Below are positions 15,949-24,901 of a stretch of 64,000 bases of DNA, piece after piece. This DNA comes from a virus, in IMG/VR virus record IMGVR_UViG_3300046485_000051, positions 1 to 64,000 of that record. One strand, 5' to 3'. The stretch's first letter is position 1. Each line of letters begins with the position of its first letter. The position numbers and the translations under genes were made by a program. Under the pieces are notes generated by a model. The model was not told the origin of the DNA. It worked only from the letters and a program-made list of their open reading frames with translations, and did no database searches.

Positions 15949-16668
15949 ATGATTGACCTAGTTTATGTGTTGGGTCCCGGAAGTTCCTGGGGCGACCGGG
16001 AACTTTTCTATTCGCTGCGTAGCGCCCAGGAGCACTTGCGGGGGATGGGGAAGGTTTTCATCGTCGGCACGGCCCCGAAGATTGCGCCGGACTTTGGCGT
16101 CGAGTGGACGCACGTTCCGGTGGAGGATAAGTCTTCCTGGCCGGCGTGCAACATTAACGCTTGCCTGCTGGCGGCCTGCCAGGTGCCGCAGCTATCTGAC
16201 ACTTTCCTGCGGGTGGATGACGACACATTTTTCCTGCGCGCGCAGGACGCCGATACTTTCCCGAATTACTACCGGGGGCTTCTTCCGGAGCACGTTCAGA
16301 TGCTTAGCGACCGCGCCGGCTCGCTCTACTACAAGTCTCTGTTGCGGACGGTTGCCTGGCTCAACGCGCGCCAGGTATCAAATCTTGACTTCGAGGTCCA
16401 CGGTCCGATGCGTTTCGAGAAGGCGAAACTCGGAGCGCTGCTGGCGAGGCTGAAGCCGGAGACCGGATTTCTGAGCCGCTCGCTCTACGGCAATCTTCAC
16501 AATCTTGCGGGCGAGCCAATGTCTGACTCGAAGATAGACCTCTCGCTCTCACCGGGCCAGATTGAGCGCCGGGTCAAGGACCGCCCGTTCTTCTCGGTGG
16601 GCGACCTGGGTTTGACTCACGCGATGCGAACTTTTCTGGGGCAGATATATCCGGGGAGGGTGCCTTGA
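15949..16668 (+). CDS. Stealth-family-like sugar-1-phosphate transferase (CR2-like region)
   Basis: DRELFYSLRSAQEHLRGMGKVFIVG and PQLSDTFLRVDDDTFFLRAQDADTF resemble my recollection of Stealth conserved region 2 (D.ELRYSLRS...IFIVT ... LSE.FIY.NDD.FF). Confidence 0.55.
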   Translation: MIDLVYVLGPGSSWGDRELFYSLRSAQEHLRGMGKVFIVGTAPKIAPDFGVEWTHVPVEDKSSWPACNINACLLAACQVPQLSDTFLRVDDDTFFLRAQDADTFPNYYRGLLPEHVQMLSDRAGSLYYKSLLRTVAWLNARQVSNLDFEVHGPMRFEKAKLGALLARLKPETGFLSRSLYGNLHNLAGEPMSDSKIDLSLSPGQIERRVKDRPFFSVGDLGLTHAMRTFLGQIYPGRVP

Positions 16669-17297
16669 TTTATTACTTCATGCCTTATGACACGCGCGGC
16701 CTGGGCTTCGCTTACAACCGACATTGCGCGCTGGTGCCGGAGGACACTGACTGGATTTGCTTGATGGACATTGACACGATGTTCTTTTCCTCACAGCGCA
16801 TGGGTGAGCAGCTTGAACAAGTCATCACGGAATTTGGCTCGAAGTTCTCCGCGTTTACCTGCGTGACCAACCGGGCTTTCCGCCAGTCGCAGCAGCAGCT
16901 TATGAATATCCGCGATGAGCGCGACCTGGTGAAGCTGAAGCAGCGCGCGGACTTCCAGACGCGCACGCGCCAGGGCAAGGTCGAGGAACTGCGCACGCCG
17001 CTCAACGGACAATTTTTGCTCTTCCCCAAATCACTTTGGCGGCAGTATCCGTTCGCAGAAGTGGGCCGGGCGAAGAAAGCGCCAGGTCATCACATTTTAG
17101 GAATTGACACCGACTGGCGCGAGCGGCTTTACGCCGACGGCCGGCGTATCGGCCTCATTCACCAGCTTATGGCGGTGCATTTCTACCGCATGGACGACCC
17201 AGCGGAGTTGGTTGGGCACTTGCCGAAGGGCAACGAGTGGTGGCGCAAGACCTCGGCGGACCAGCGCGCCCAAAAAATAATCGCAGATGGGTGTTGA
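16665..17297 (+). CDS. GT-A fold (family 2-like) glycosyltransferase
   Basis: IYYFMPYDTRGLGFAYNRHCALVPEDTDWICLMDIDTMF carries a DxD motif. TTG start is preceded by a GGGGAGGG Shine-Dalgarno sequence. Confidence 0.55.
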   Translation: MIYYFMPYDTRGLGFAYNRHCALVPEDTDWICLMDIDTMFFSSQRMGEQLEQVITEFGSKFSAFTCVTNRAFRQSQQQLMNIRDERDLVKLKQRADFQTRTRQGKVEELRTPLNGQFLLFPKSLWRQYPFAEVGRAKKAPGHHILGIDTDWRERLYADGRRIGLIHQLMAVHFYRMDDPAELVGHLPKGNEWWRKTSADQRAQKIIADGC

Positions 17298-17323
17298 CAG
17301 TTTCAGGCGCTTTCCGCTAGGTT
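17294..17323 (+). promoter_or_regulatory. Promoter-like TTGACA-N18-TAGGTT upstream of the capsid gene
   Basis: -35 at 17294-17299 overlaps the GT stop codon. -10 at 17318-17323. Confidence 0.4.
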
Positions 17324-17364
17324 GTTATTAACAACGAGGTAACAGACCATAACAAAAGGGAACT

Positions 17365-18642
17365 ATGAGCGCCGTATCCGGACTACTTTCGAGCACCAAC
17401 GCCAGCGCGGACCTTGATACCAAGGCCGATTTGGTTGGTGAATATCAGGACACAATTTTGGTCCGCAATTCCAAGGGGATGAATGCGGGCAGCACACTGT
17501 TCGGGCTGATGAGCCGGCTGAAAGCCGAGCCCGCCGAGAACACCGAATTCAACTGGTTCGAGCGCGACCCCGTGCGGCGCGAGTTGGCCGCCGACGGTGC
17601 AGTCGCCGCGCCCGTCAGTTCGTGCGTTGCTGGCAGCATCGTCTTTTCCGAGAGCACCACCAGCGGCGACGCCTGGCCTTACCTGGCGCAGGGACATATC
17701 CTCCGCAACGCGCGGACGGGTGAGTATGTCAAGGTGACGGCTACGCCAACCTCGAATACCGTGGCGGTTCTGCGCGCCATCAACAACGCGGGCGTGTTGA
17801 CGGGTTACACCATCAACGACAACGACATTTTCTCCATCGTCACTCTTGGCAAGGACGAGGGCGCGCTCCCCACCCGGTCGAGCTACGAGGAGCCCACCAT
17901 CCTGACGAATTACGTCCAGACCTACAACGCGGTCGTGGAACTGACCAACGCCTTCAAGGCGAACAAGCTGCGTTCTGACCTGGCCGGCCCGTTGAAGGCC
18001 CGGCGCATTCAAGCCCTGGAGAAGATTTCCAAGGACATTGAAGGCTCTTTCCTCCTGGGTGTGAAGAAACGCCTTACCGGCTCGAACGGCTACGAGTATT
18101 ACACGGGCGGTCTCAAAGACGCCGTGGACAAAGCGGTCCCGCACAACTCTCTGAACGGCGGCGGCGCTTCCGGCGTCAACCTGAGCGTGGTGAACGATTG
18201 GATGCAGGGCTTTATGACGGTCGGCAGCGACGCCAAGCTGGCGCTCTGCGGCCCCAAAGCCTACGCGGTCTTCTCGGCCTTCGCCAATTCGGCAACCAAC
18301 GGGTTCCGGATTATGAACCAGGAAAACGTGTTCGGTATGAATATCACGGTCGTCAATACGCCTTTCGGCGAGTTGGACCTGGCATTCCATCCGCTGCTCA
18401 AGGAAATTAACAGCTTCAACGATTGGATGTTTGTCGTTGACCTGGCCCACGTCATGCAGAAGACGATGGAGCCGCTGTTCCTGGAGCCCAATATTCAAAC
18501 ACCGGGACAAGATTCATACAAGGAACAATTTCGCGCCAAGCTCGGCCTCAAGTTGCGCTTCGCGAACGCTTTCGGCTACGCGCACGGTCTCCAGAGCATC
18601 GTGCTCACTGGCGGCGCAGGCGGCGAAAGCTCCAGCGCTTAG
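17365..18642 (+). CDS. Major capsid protein
   Basis: 425 aa downstream of the scaffold, with NTEFNWFERDPVRRE near the N-terminus. Position and size fit; C-terminal tail is LTGGAGGESSSA. Confidence 0.7.
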   Translation: MSAVSGLLSSTNASADLDTKADLVGEYQDTILVRNSKGMNAGSTLFGLMSRLKAEPAENTEFNWFERDPVRRELAADGAVAAPVSSCVAGSIVFSESTTSGDAWPYLAQGHILRNARTGEYVKVTATPTSNTVAVLRAINNAGVLTGYTINDNDIFSIVTLGKDEGALPTRSSYEEPTILTNYVQTYNAVVELTNAFKANKLRSDLAGPLKARRIQALEKISKDIEGSFLLGVKKRLTGSNGYEYYTGGLKDAVDKAVPHNSLNGGGASGVNLSVVNDWMQGFMTVGSDAKLALCGPKAYAVFSAFANSATNGFRIMNQENVFGMNITVVNTPFGELDLAFHPLLKEINSFNDWMFVVDLAHVMQKTMEPLFLEPNIQTPGQDSYKEQFRAKLGLKLRFANAFGYAHGLQSIVLTGGAGGESSSA

Positions 18643-18645
18643 TCC

Positions 18646-18942
18646 GTGGAGAAGGTTATCGTGACCACGGCGGAGGCTCTCCGCCTGGTCAATGACCCGA
18701 GCGCCGGCCCGCCCCCGGCCCGGGCAACAGAGCGGTGGAAGTTCGTTAAGAACTTCGGAGCGGCGGAGGCAGTAAAGTTTCGGGATGGGTCGGAATATCG
18801 GTTCAGGCTCATTCGCAGTAACGGTCCGGGCGAAGGCTATTTGCCGGGGTCGCAGATGGAAACCGACGACGAAGGGCTGGCCCAGAAGTTGCGCGAGGCG
18901 ATGGAGAACCCGGCGACAGGGCTGGTAGAGATAACGATTTAG
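18646..18942 (+). CDS. Hypothetical head-associated protein
   Basis: GTG start 3 nt after the capsid stop; 98 aa. Confidence 0.45.
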   Translation: MEKVIVTTAEALRLVNDPSAGPPPARATERWKFVKNFGAAEAVKFRDGSEYRFRLIRSNGPGEGYLPGSQMETDDEGLAQKLREAMENPATGLVEITI

Positions 18943-18957
18943 TGAAAGGTAACTATT

Positions 18958-19125
18958 ATGAGCGATAATGTAAAGCCGACGTATCCGAAGTCCAGTGTGA
19001 AATCGGGCAACGAAAACAGCGCCTACGCCGAGAAGATTCTGGGCGGGATGCCTCCGAAGAAAAGCGTTGACGCCATCGAGGCGGAGAACACCGTCAAGAA
19101 AGCTCCCGGCTCCGTCGCCAAGTAG
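18958..19125 (+). CDS. 55-aa Lys/Ser-rich peptide (below the ORF-track cutoff)
   Basis: MSDNVKPTYPKSSVKSGNENSAYAEKILGG.., preceded by aaaggtaac and followed by a terminator. Confidence 0.35.
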   Translation: MSDNVKPTYPKSSVKSGNENSAYAEKILGGMPPKKSVDAIEAENTVKKAPGSVAK

Positions 19126-19150
19126 CGCGTGGCGAGCAAGTCTTTGCGTG

Positions 19151-19191
19151 TGCCGCAGGATGCTTAACCGCGTTCTGCGGCATTACTGCTT
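19151..19191 (+). terminator. Intrinsic terminator-like hairpin ending at the next start codon
   Basis: tgccgcag (19151-19158) pairs with ctgcggca (19175-19182), then ttactgctt. ATG at 19192. Confidence 0.5.
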
Positions 19192-19845
19192 ATGAGCCAA
19201 ACTTTTGCACAGTTCAAGGCACGCCTGGCGTCAGGCGTGCAGCGCAGCGATCTGGCTAGCAGCTACGGCCTGTTTATCAACGAGGCACTGCGGGAAATCC
19301 AGAATCGCCGCTCCTGGACGTGCATGAAGGTGGACGCGAGCGTCTCGATTGCGACCGGCACGGGCCGGGAGACGGCGGCGCTGCCAGCGGCCTTCAAGGA
19401 GTTTCAGAGGCGGACGGCGGTCGAGTATGTCGCGGATGACGGCGGCTTCGTCCCGGCCGATGTGGTGACGGAGGAGCAGCAGATTTACCGTATCTGGGCT
19501 TTCGGCGGCACGCCTATGTATACCTGGCCGCCGCGCGTGTTCTTTCTGCACCAGCCGGCGGCGACGTTAGGGGTCTTGGAGCCGCTTTCTCAGGCGCTCA
19601 ACTTCCGCGTGCGCTACTATGGCTATCTGCCCGATCTGTCGGCGGACGGTGACACGTCGCCGCTGATTAATGCTTACCCGCAGATGGTCCTAGCCAAGGC
19701 TAAGGCCATTGCGTTCACGGAAATTGTTGACCCGGTGGCGGCGCAGTTTGAGGAGCTTTTCGAGAAGAAACTGGCCGAGGCCGTAAGGCAAGACGCTTAC
19801 TCCGAAGTCTCGGGCCGGATTACCCGGCTGGGCCAGGGGGTCTAG
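19192..19845 (+). CDS. Virion protein, possible head-tail adaptor or tail tubular A-like
   Basis: 217 aa, first gene after the capsid block. Called by position only. Confidence 0.4.
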   Translation: MSQTFAQFKARLASGVQRSDLASSYGLFINEALREIQNRRSWTCMKVDASVSIATGTGRETAALPAAFKEFQRRTAVEYVADDGGFVPADVVTEEQQIYRIWAFGGTPMYTWPPRVFFLHQPAATLGVLEPLSQALNFRVRYYGYLPDLSADGDTSPLINAYPQMVLAKAKAIAFTEIVDPVAAQFEELFEKKLAEAVRQDAYSEVSGRITRLGQGV

Positions 19846-19846
19846 T

Positions 19847-20257
19847 ATGCGTCGCGCCAAGCCTATCAGCGTGCGGGTGAGGGCTCCGTCGCGGGGCCTG
19901 GTGAGCAGGCTCCCGGGGGAGTCGGCGGACCGGATGCAGGCGCAGGGCGGCCTGGTTCCAGGCACCGAGAAGCGGGCGGCCTCTCGCGCGAGCAACGTGC
20001 GGTATGAGGACGGCGTCGTCTGCAACGCGCCGGGGTATGAGAAGGTCGCGCTCCAGTCGGCATTGCTGGACGGGCTCGTTGCGGCATGGTCGCTGGACGA
20101 GACGGCCGGAAACCGGTTAGACGCTACAGTCAACAACCACTTGCTGACGCCGGTCGAAGGTCTCGACGACCGCACGGGCTTAACGGCAACAGTCGGCAGC
20201 GAGGGCGGCCAGTTTGCACTGGCAGCGGTGTTCCCCGCGCTTTCTGCCTTGCCCTGA
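19847..20257 (+). CDS. Hypothetical virion protein whose C-terminus resembles the start of a LamG domain
   Basis: LVAAWSLDETAGNRLDATVNNHLL resembles the opening strands of LamG_3 domains. Confidence 0.45.
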   Translation: MRRAKPISVRVRAPSRGLVSRLPGESADRMQAQGGLVPGTEKRAASRASNVRYEDGVVCNAPGYEKVALQSALLDGLVAAWSLDETAGNRLDATVNNHLLTPVEGLDDRTGLTATVGSEGGQFALAAVFPALSALP

Positions 20258-20329
20258 GCCCCCCGACGCTGGTAGAGTGGTGGTTGAGGAGCCAGCCCAG
20301 CAGTAACGGGAACAGCGAGAAAGAATTTT

Positions 20330-20908
20330 ATGCCGACCGCAGCAACAGTCACTCTAAGCGAGACAAACGGCCCCACTAGCGCGCCGGTTGTCACTAACGC
20401 AATTTCCACTCTGAACTTTGGGTCAGTGGACGCGCCCGACCTCGACCCGACGAGCTACCCGCTCGTGCAGCGCGCGGATGCGCTGACGTTCTCTTATACG
20501 AAGTGGCTGCGGGTCTACTGCTCTGCTTTTAACGACAGTCATCTTCTAACAAATTTCAAGATGTGGAAGGTGTCGGGCGACCTCAAGGCGTATGAGTATC
20601 TAGGCTATAGTAAATGCCGGAGTGGTGGGGCATATGGGGAGGGCGTTGTGGGGACTGGGTCCGTGGACCCGATGCCCTATAACGGTAGTGGGGCTTGGTT
20701 TTTTTCGGGAATGTCGGCGAGTTATTGGAATACGACCGGGATACCGGTTAGCGAGCCGGCCTCTAATCTGTTTGGGTCTATTGCGGCTAGCGGAGGTTTC
20801 TCGGGCTATGCAGCGATGGCGGTGCAGATAGCGGGCTGGCCGGGCTCGGCTACGCCTCTGGGGCCGCTCAGTCAAAAGGTAATTACTTACCAGTGGGACG
20901 AGTCTTAA
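20330..20908 (+). CDS. Hypothetical virion protein
   Basis: 192-aa ORF in the tail block. Confidence 0.5.
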   Translation: MPTAATVTLSETNGPTSAPVVTNAISTLNFGSVDAPDLDPTSYPLVQRADALTFSYTKWLRVYCSAFNDSHLLTNFKMWKVSGDLKAYEYLGYSKCRSGGAYGEGVVGTGSVDPMPYNGSGAWFFSGMSASYWNTTGIPVSEPASNLFGSIAASGGFSGYAAMAVQIAGWPGSATPLGPLSQKVITYQWDES

Positions 20909-21294
20909 TGACTACTCCTAAAGAAGCTCAACCATTCCTTCCCCGCTGGCGGGCTGGGATAGGGCCACTCAGAGAAGAGGGCAGTGGTCTCTTGTCGGCG
21001 TGCTTGGTTCGCCAGAAGGACCTGCTCGACTATTTCGCCGCCCTAATGGGAAGTTTCACGCTGACAGTGAAGCCGCAAGCGGGGGAAATCTGGGCCGACA
21101 GCCTGCTGGTTCACAAAGGTGCTCCGGCAAAGCTTCTTTGGTTTCGCCGCATGGGCCAGGAGGTAGGCTCGCTCGATAGAAATTCTAGCGCTCCGCGTTG
21201 CTTGTTCTACGGGGTCGGGCTGGATGGCGCGGGAGGCCGGGTCGGCTACCGGATTGCGGAGGACGGGTCAGCGGAGTGGAGCACTGAGCTATGA
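20908..21294 (+). CDS. Hypothetical protein
   Basis: TAATG overlap with the upstream gene. ORF 20893..21294 trimmed to the ATG. Confidence 0.45.
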   Translation: MTTPKEAQPFLPRWRAGIGPLREEGSGLLSACLVRQKDLLDYFAALMGSFTLTVKPQAGEIWADSLLVHKGAPAKLLWFRRMGQEVGSLDRNSSAPRCLFYGVGLDGAGGRVGYRIAEDGSAEWSTEL

Positions 21295-24200
21295 GCACGA
21301 TAGCGCGGACTCTCTATAGCAACGCTACACTTGTTGGGCCGAAGCGCCAGACTCTCACGAGCGACGCGGGGGTCGTGATGCAGCCGAGTGGAACTCTGAC
21401 CAGCGATGCTTCGGTGGTTGCTTTCTCCGGGACTTCACCTTACTTGAGTAACAGCGACACGCCCCTTACACAACTCCACGGCACGTCTTTTACGGTCTCG
21501 GCGTGGCTCAAAGCCTCGGGGACTGGCGCGGCCTTTATCTTTCTGTCTCCGGCTTGGTATTTCTTACTGAGTAACGGGAATCTGTCGTTTGTGGTCCAAA
21601 GCTCGGTATCGGGCGAGACTATGGCGGCTACCGCTCCGCTGCCGGCTTTCGGTGACTGGCATTTCGTCGCGCTCCGGGTGGACTTTCTCAATTCTCTTAT
21701 CAGCATTTACGTGGACGGCACTGTAGCCGGCAGCACTCCGCTTATCTACGCGCCGGATTGCTCGGTATCCTCATTCACCGACTTCTTTCAAGTCGGCTCG
21801 AAGGACCGGGTCAGTATGGGGGATTCCTTATCTGATTTCAGTTTGGACGAAGTCGCTGTCTGGGCACGGGCCTTGTCGGATGCCGAAGTAGATTCGCTTT
21901 GGGCGGACGGCGGCGGGGAGACCTACCCTTTCCTCGGCGGCGCTTTCAACCGGGTCTTTCAGGGTCGCCTAATCAACGACCCGCCGAAGCCTCTCGTCCT
22001 GGGCTCTGACCGCTCGCTCTTGGCAGTGACGCAGCTTTACGACGGTGTCGCGGAAGAGTTTCAGGCGAAGCTGGATTTGCTTTTTTCGGGCAGCAGAGCG
22101 ACCGAGGGCTATCCCTGGGCGGCAGACAACTTCTACGACAAGATTCTTTTCGCCCAGCACGACAACCGCGCTCAGTATTGGACGCCCCCTCTTCCGGCCT
22201 TGGCGTATGACTTGCCTGGGCTTCCTTCAGATGACGCGGCTTGGGATGGGGTCGCCGCATTCGCCGGGCATGTGCTGCTTTGGAAAGAGGACAGGCTCAA
22301 GTGGAGCGACCGGGACGATTTCACGCTCTACATACCGGTTGCGCAGACGGCAATCTCGACGGCGTTGACGCTGGGCCAGGCGTTCAAACAGCCGGCCCCT
22401 GGCGGCTCAGTAGCAGTAACAGTCACTAATCCTATCGCCGCTGTGGGTAGCGTAAACTTGAGCGGGGACGCGAGCTTCGGGTCTATACCGGTCGGGACCA
22501 CCAGCCAGGGAGTGTTGACGATAACCAACACCGGGACGGCACCGGTCAATGTGAAGAACGTTCAGCTTCCTGCTGGGTTCTCCGGCACGTTTTCTACGCC
22601 GGATGGGACCAACGTAGTTCCGCCCGGACAAGCGTTCCCGATGACTGTCACCTTTAATCCGCCGTTGGGGGCTGGGGGGACTTTCGGAGGGAATGCGCAT
22701 ATCTACTCGGATGCGACAGAAGGCACCTGGGATTTCTACATTAGCGGGGTTGGGATTTCCACGGCTCCTCATGTTGTTCTGAGTGGAGTGCTTGACTTCG
22801 GGCCGGTCAAGGCGGACAGCCATAATTATTCGCTGACTAGCGCGCTCATTATTCAGAACACCGGCAATGCCCCACTTCATGTCACCGGTCTGACAATGCC
22901 GGCCTCTGTTTTTTCCGGTAACTGGGTCGGGACAGTCCCCGCTATGAGCGGCAGCGGTGTCCCCGGACAGCAGATAGTTAATGTTACGTTTACGCCCGGA
23001 AAGACTGTGGCGGAGTATAGCGGGGTCATCACTGTGAAGGTCGCTTCCAGCGACCACGCTTCCGGAGTTTTGACTATAGGGGCATCGGGCTCGGGTATCT
23101 CCAGCTTTTCAAAGTCGGCAATCTTTGTTACTGACATGGGGACTTGCCAGTTCGGCCCCCGCGTGGCCGGCTCGTATACCGGGACTTTGCGGGTTTACAA
23201 TCCGACAAGTTTTGCCTTCCAGGTTATTGGCATCGCGCACCCAGACGGGTTCACGACGAGCTACGCGACCCCTACTGTTATCCCTACTTTTGGGCATGCC
23301 GATTTCACTGTGACCTACTCGGCGGCAGCCGGAGTAGCAGCCGCCGGCTCGCTTACGGTGTCCGTCAACCACCCTGCGCCGGGGCTGAATACGTGCGGTG
23401 TCTCGGGGACTGGCATAGCAAGCGGAAGCGCCCTGACGCTCTCTGGCAATCTGAATTTCGGGGATACTCCGGTCGGCGGCTCGGCGCAGGCGTCTCTGAC
23501 GATAAAGAATTCCGGCTCGACGACCGTCAACATTACTTCGATTTCTTTTGATACCTCGCTAGCGGGCGCAGTCTCGGGAACTTTGGCCGGCCCGATTGCA
23601 CCCGGAGTATCCCAGACCGTGGCTATAGCCTTCAGGCCGACTACAACCAGCACCTATACAGGAAATTTGACGGTCAACACTGTCGAGACGATTACTGGCA
23701 ATGTGTTCCCTGTCTCCGGCACCGGGTTTAATCTATCGCAGCCGTTGGCCCTTGTAGCTGACCAGGTCGTGTCTCTTGAAGATACACGCGACGGGCGGAC
23801 TTACTATAACTTCTACACCGTGGTCAGCATGGCGGATACCGCGTTGACCCTGACGCTGATGGACTTAACGGGTGGCACGCCTGCGGGTTTGAGCATCCCA
23901 GCCGACGGTCGGCAGTTCTTCACGGTGGACGCTAACGAGGCCGGCGAGACGCGAGTCGTCGGCGCAGGGATGAATGGACCTATCTTCCAGGTAGTGCCGC
24001 AAGGAGACTACGCGTATATCTTCAAAGAGCGCTCGATTCAGAGCGTGCAATACACGGGCCTGGGCAGCGGCACGTTCTTCGTCCACAACGAAGTCAGCAA
24101 TGAGGGGCTGATAGGGCGTGAGGCACTTTGCGAACGCGGTGACGCGATTGTCTTTCTCGGGCACCGGGAGCTTTACATTTACCAGGGTGGCCCGAGCCCG

Positions 24201-24899
24201 GTGCCGGTTTGCCAGCAGACAACGCGCGAACTGTTTACCGAGCTTGACCGGTCGCGAGCAGGGGCTATCCGTCTGTTCCACAACGAGAGCCGCAAAGAAG
24301 TCTGGGTCAAGTATCCAACTCTCGGCGGGGGTTTCCGGGTCCTGGTCTGGAACTACGTCGAAGACTCGGCGACGTTCGACGACTACAAACCGGCAGTCGA
24401 GTTTACCGGGTTAGGCTTGGTGGACTGGCCGACGGACGACGCTACGGGCTCGGCGATTGAGCGGATTTGTGTGTTAGGCAACGCCGACGGCAACCTCCGG
24501 GTGCATGGGCGGGTGTATTCACGCGACGGTGCGGGTTATCTGGCCGCGTCTGAAACGATGGACTTTGACCTCGGCGAGCCCGACATTTGGAAGTATGTTG
24601 ACGTAGTGGTTTTGGGGCTCGAAGTGAAAGCGCCGGAGACCGCGTCGCGTTACATGGCGGTCCAAATAGGCACACGGGCGTCTTTGAGCGGCTACTCCAA
24701 TGCGCCTGACGAGGACGGCAGTATAACATGGACTGCACCGCAGCAGGTCCTTGTCAACGGGCACGCGCCGGTCCCGGTGAAGGTCAACCCAGGTGGGGCC
24801 GGCAGGTATCTGCGGGTCCGTTTTTCGAGCAGCGACCCCGGCGTCCAGTGGCGGGTCTCGTCGTTCGAGGTTCACTGCCGACCTGGAGGATACTACTAG
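21291..24899 (+). CDS. Large tail protein: N-terminal LamG, four Ig-like repeats, C-terminal nozzle/tail-tubular-B-like region
   Basis: LamG-like FTVSAWLKA..DWHFVALRVD..LDEVAVWARALSDAEV. Four ~108-aa repeats each ending SG[VST]G[IF] (about 22437-23735). C-terminal part resembles a beta-propeller. Confidence 0.7.
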   Translation: MSTIARTLYSNATLVGPKRQTLTSDAGVVMQPSGTLTSDASVVAFSGTSPYLSNSDTPLTQLHGTSFTVSAWLKASGTGAAFIFLSPAWYFLLSNGNLSFVVQSSVSGETMAATAPLPAFGDWHFVALRVDFLNSLISIYVDGTVAGSTPLIYAPDCSVSSFTDFFQVGSKDRVSMGDSLSDFSLDEVAVWARALSDAEVDSLWADGGGETYPFLGGAFNRVFQGRLINDPPKPLVLGSDRSLLAVTQLYDGVAEEFQAKLDLLFSGSRATEGYPWAADNFYDKILFAQHDNRAQYWTPPLPALAYDLPGLPSDDAAWDGVAAFAGHVLLWKEDRLKWSDRDDFTLYIPVAQTAISTALTLGQAFKQPAPGGSVAVTVTNPIAAVGSVNLSGDASFGSIPVGTTSQGVLTITNTGTAPVNVKNVQLPAGFSGTFSTPDGTNVVPPGQAFPMTVTFNPPLGAGGTFGGNAHIYSDATEGTWDFYISGVGISTAPHVVLSGVLDFGPVKADSHNYSLTSALIIQNTGNAPLHVTGLTMPASVFSGNWVGTVPAMSGSGVPGQQIVNVTFTPGKTVAEYSGVITVKVASSDHASGVLTIGASGSGISSFSKSAIFVTDMGTCQFGPRVAGSYTGTLRVYNPTSFAFQVIGIAHPDGFTTSYATPTVIPTFGHADFTVTYSAAAGVAAAGSLTVSVNHPAPGLNTCGVSGTGIASGSALTLSGNLNFGDTPVGGSAQASLTIKNSGSTTVNITSISFDTSLAGAVSGTLAGPIAPGVSQTVAIAFRPTTTSTYTGNLTVNTVETITGNVFPVSGTGFNLSQPLALVADQVVSLEDTRDGRTYYNFYTVVSMADTALTLTLMDLTGGTPAGLSIPADGRQFFTVDANEAGETRVVGAGMNGPIFQVVPQGDYAYIFKERSIQSVQYTGLGSGTFFVHNEVSNEGLIGREALCERGDAIVFLGHRELYIYQGGPSPVPVCQQTTRELFTELDRSRAGAIRLFHNESRKEVWVKYPTLGGGFRVLVWNYVEDSATFDDYKPAVEFTGLGLVDWPTDDATGSAIERICVLGNADGNLRVHGRVYSRDGAGYLAASETMDFDLGEPDIWKYVDVVVLGLEVKAPETASRYMAVQIGTRASLSGYSNAPDEDGSITWTAPQQVLVNGHAPVPVKVNPGGAGRYLRVRFSSSDPGVQWRVSSFEVHCRPGGYY

Positions 24900-24901
24900 G
24901 T

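Noticed and set aside
17383-18510. Long antisense ORFs overlapping well-supported genes. Examples are 17383..18510(-), 14756..15862(-), 35166..36623(-), 33438..34430(-), 38673..39710(-), 10051..10815(-), 44084..44929(+), 48248..49096(+), 51158..51928(+) and 56668..57465(+).
   Set aside because: These are typical shadow ORFs of GC-rich DNA. Their translations are Arg/Pro/Gly/Leu-rich with no motifs, and each lies opposite a gene with clear motifs or operon context.
24728-24901. N-terminal extensions of ORFs given in the track. Examples are 24728 for the fibre, 26785 for 27004..27888, 62750, 63374 and 63868 for small minus-strand genes, and 57567 and 58268 for early genes.
   Set aside because: The extensions overlap the preceding gene and read as Arg/Pro-rich junk. 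Internal ATGs sit at classic ATGA/TAATG coupling junctions.
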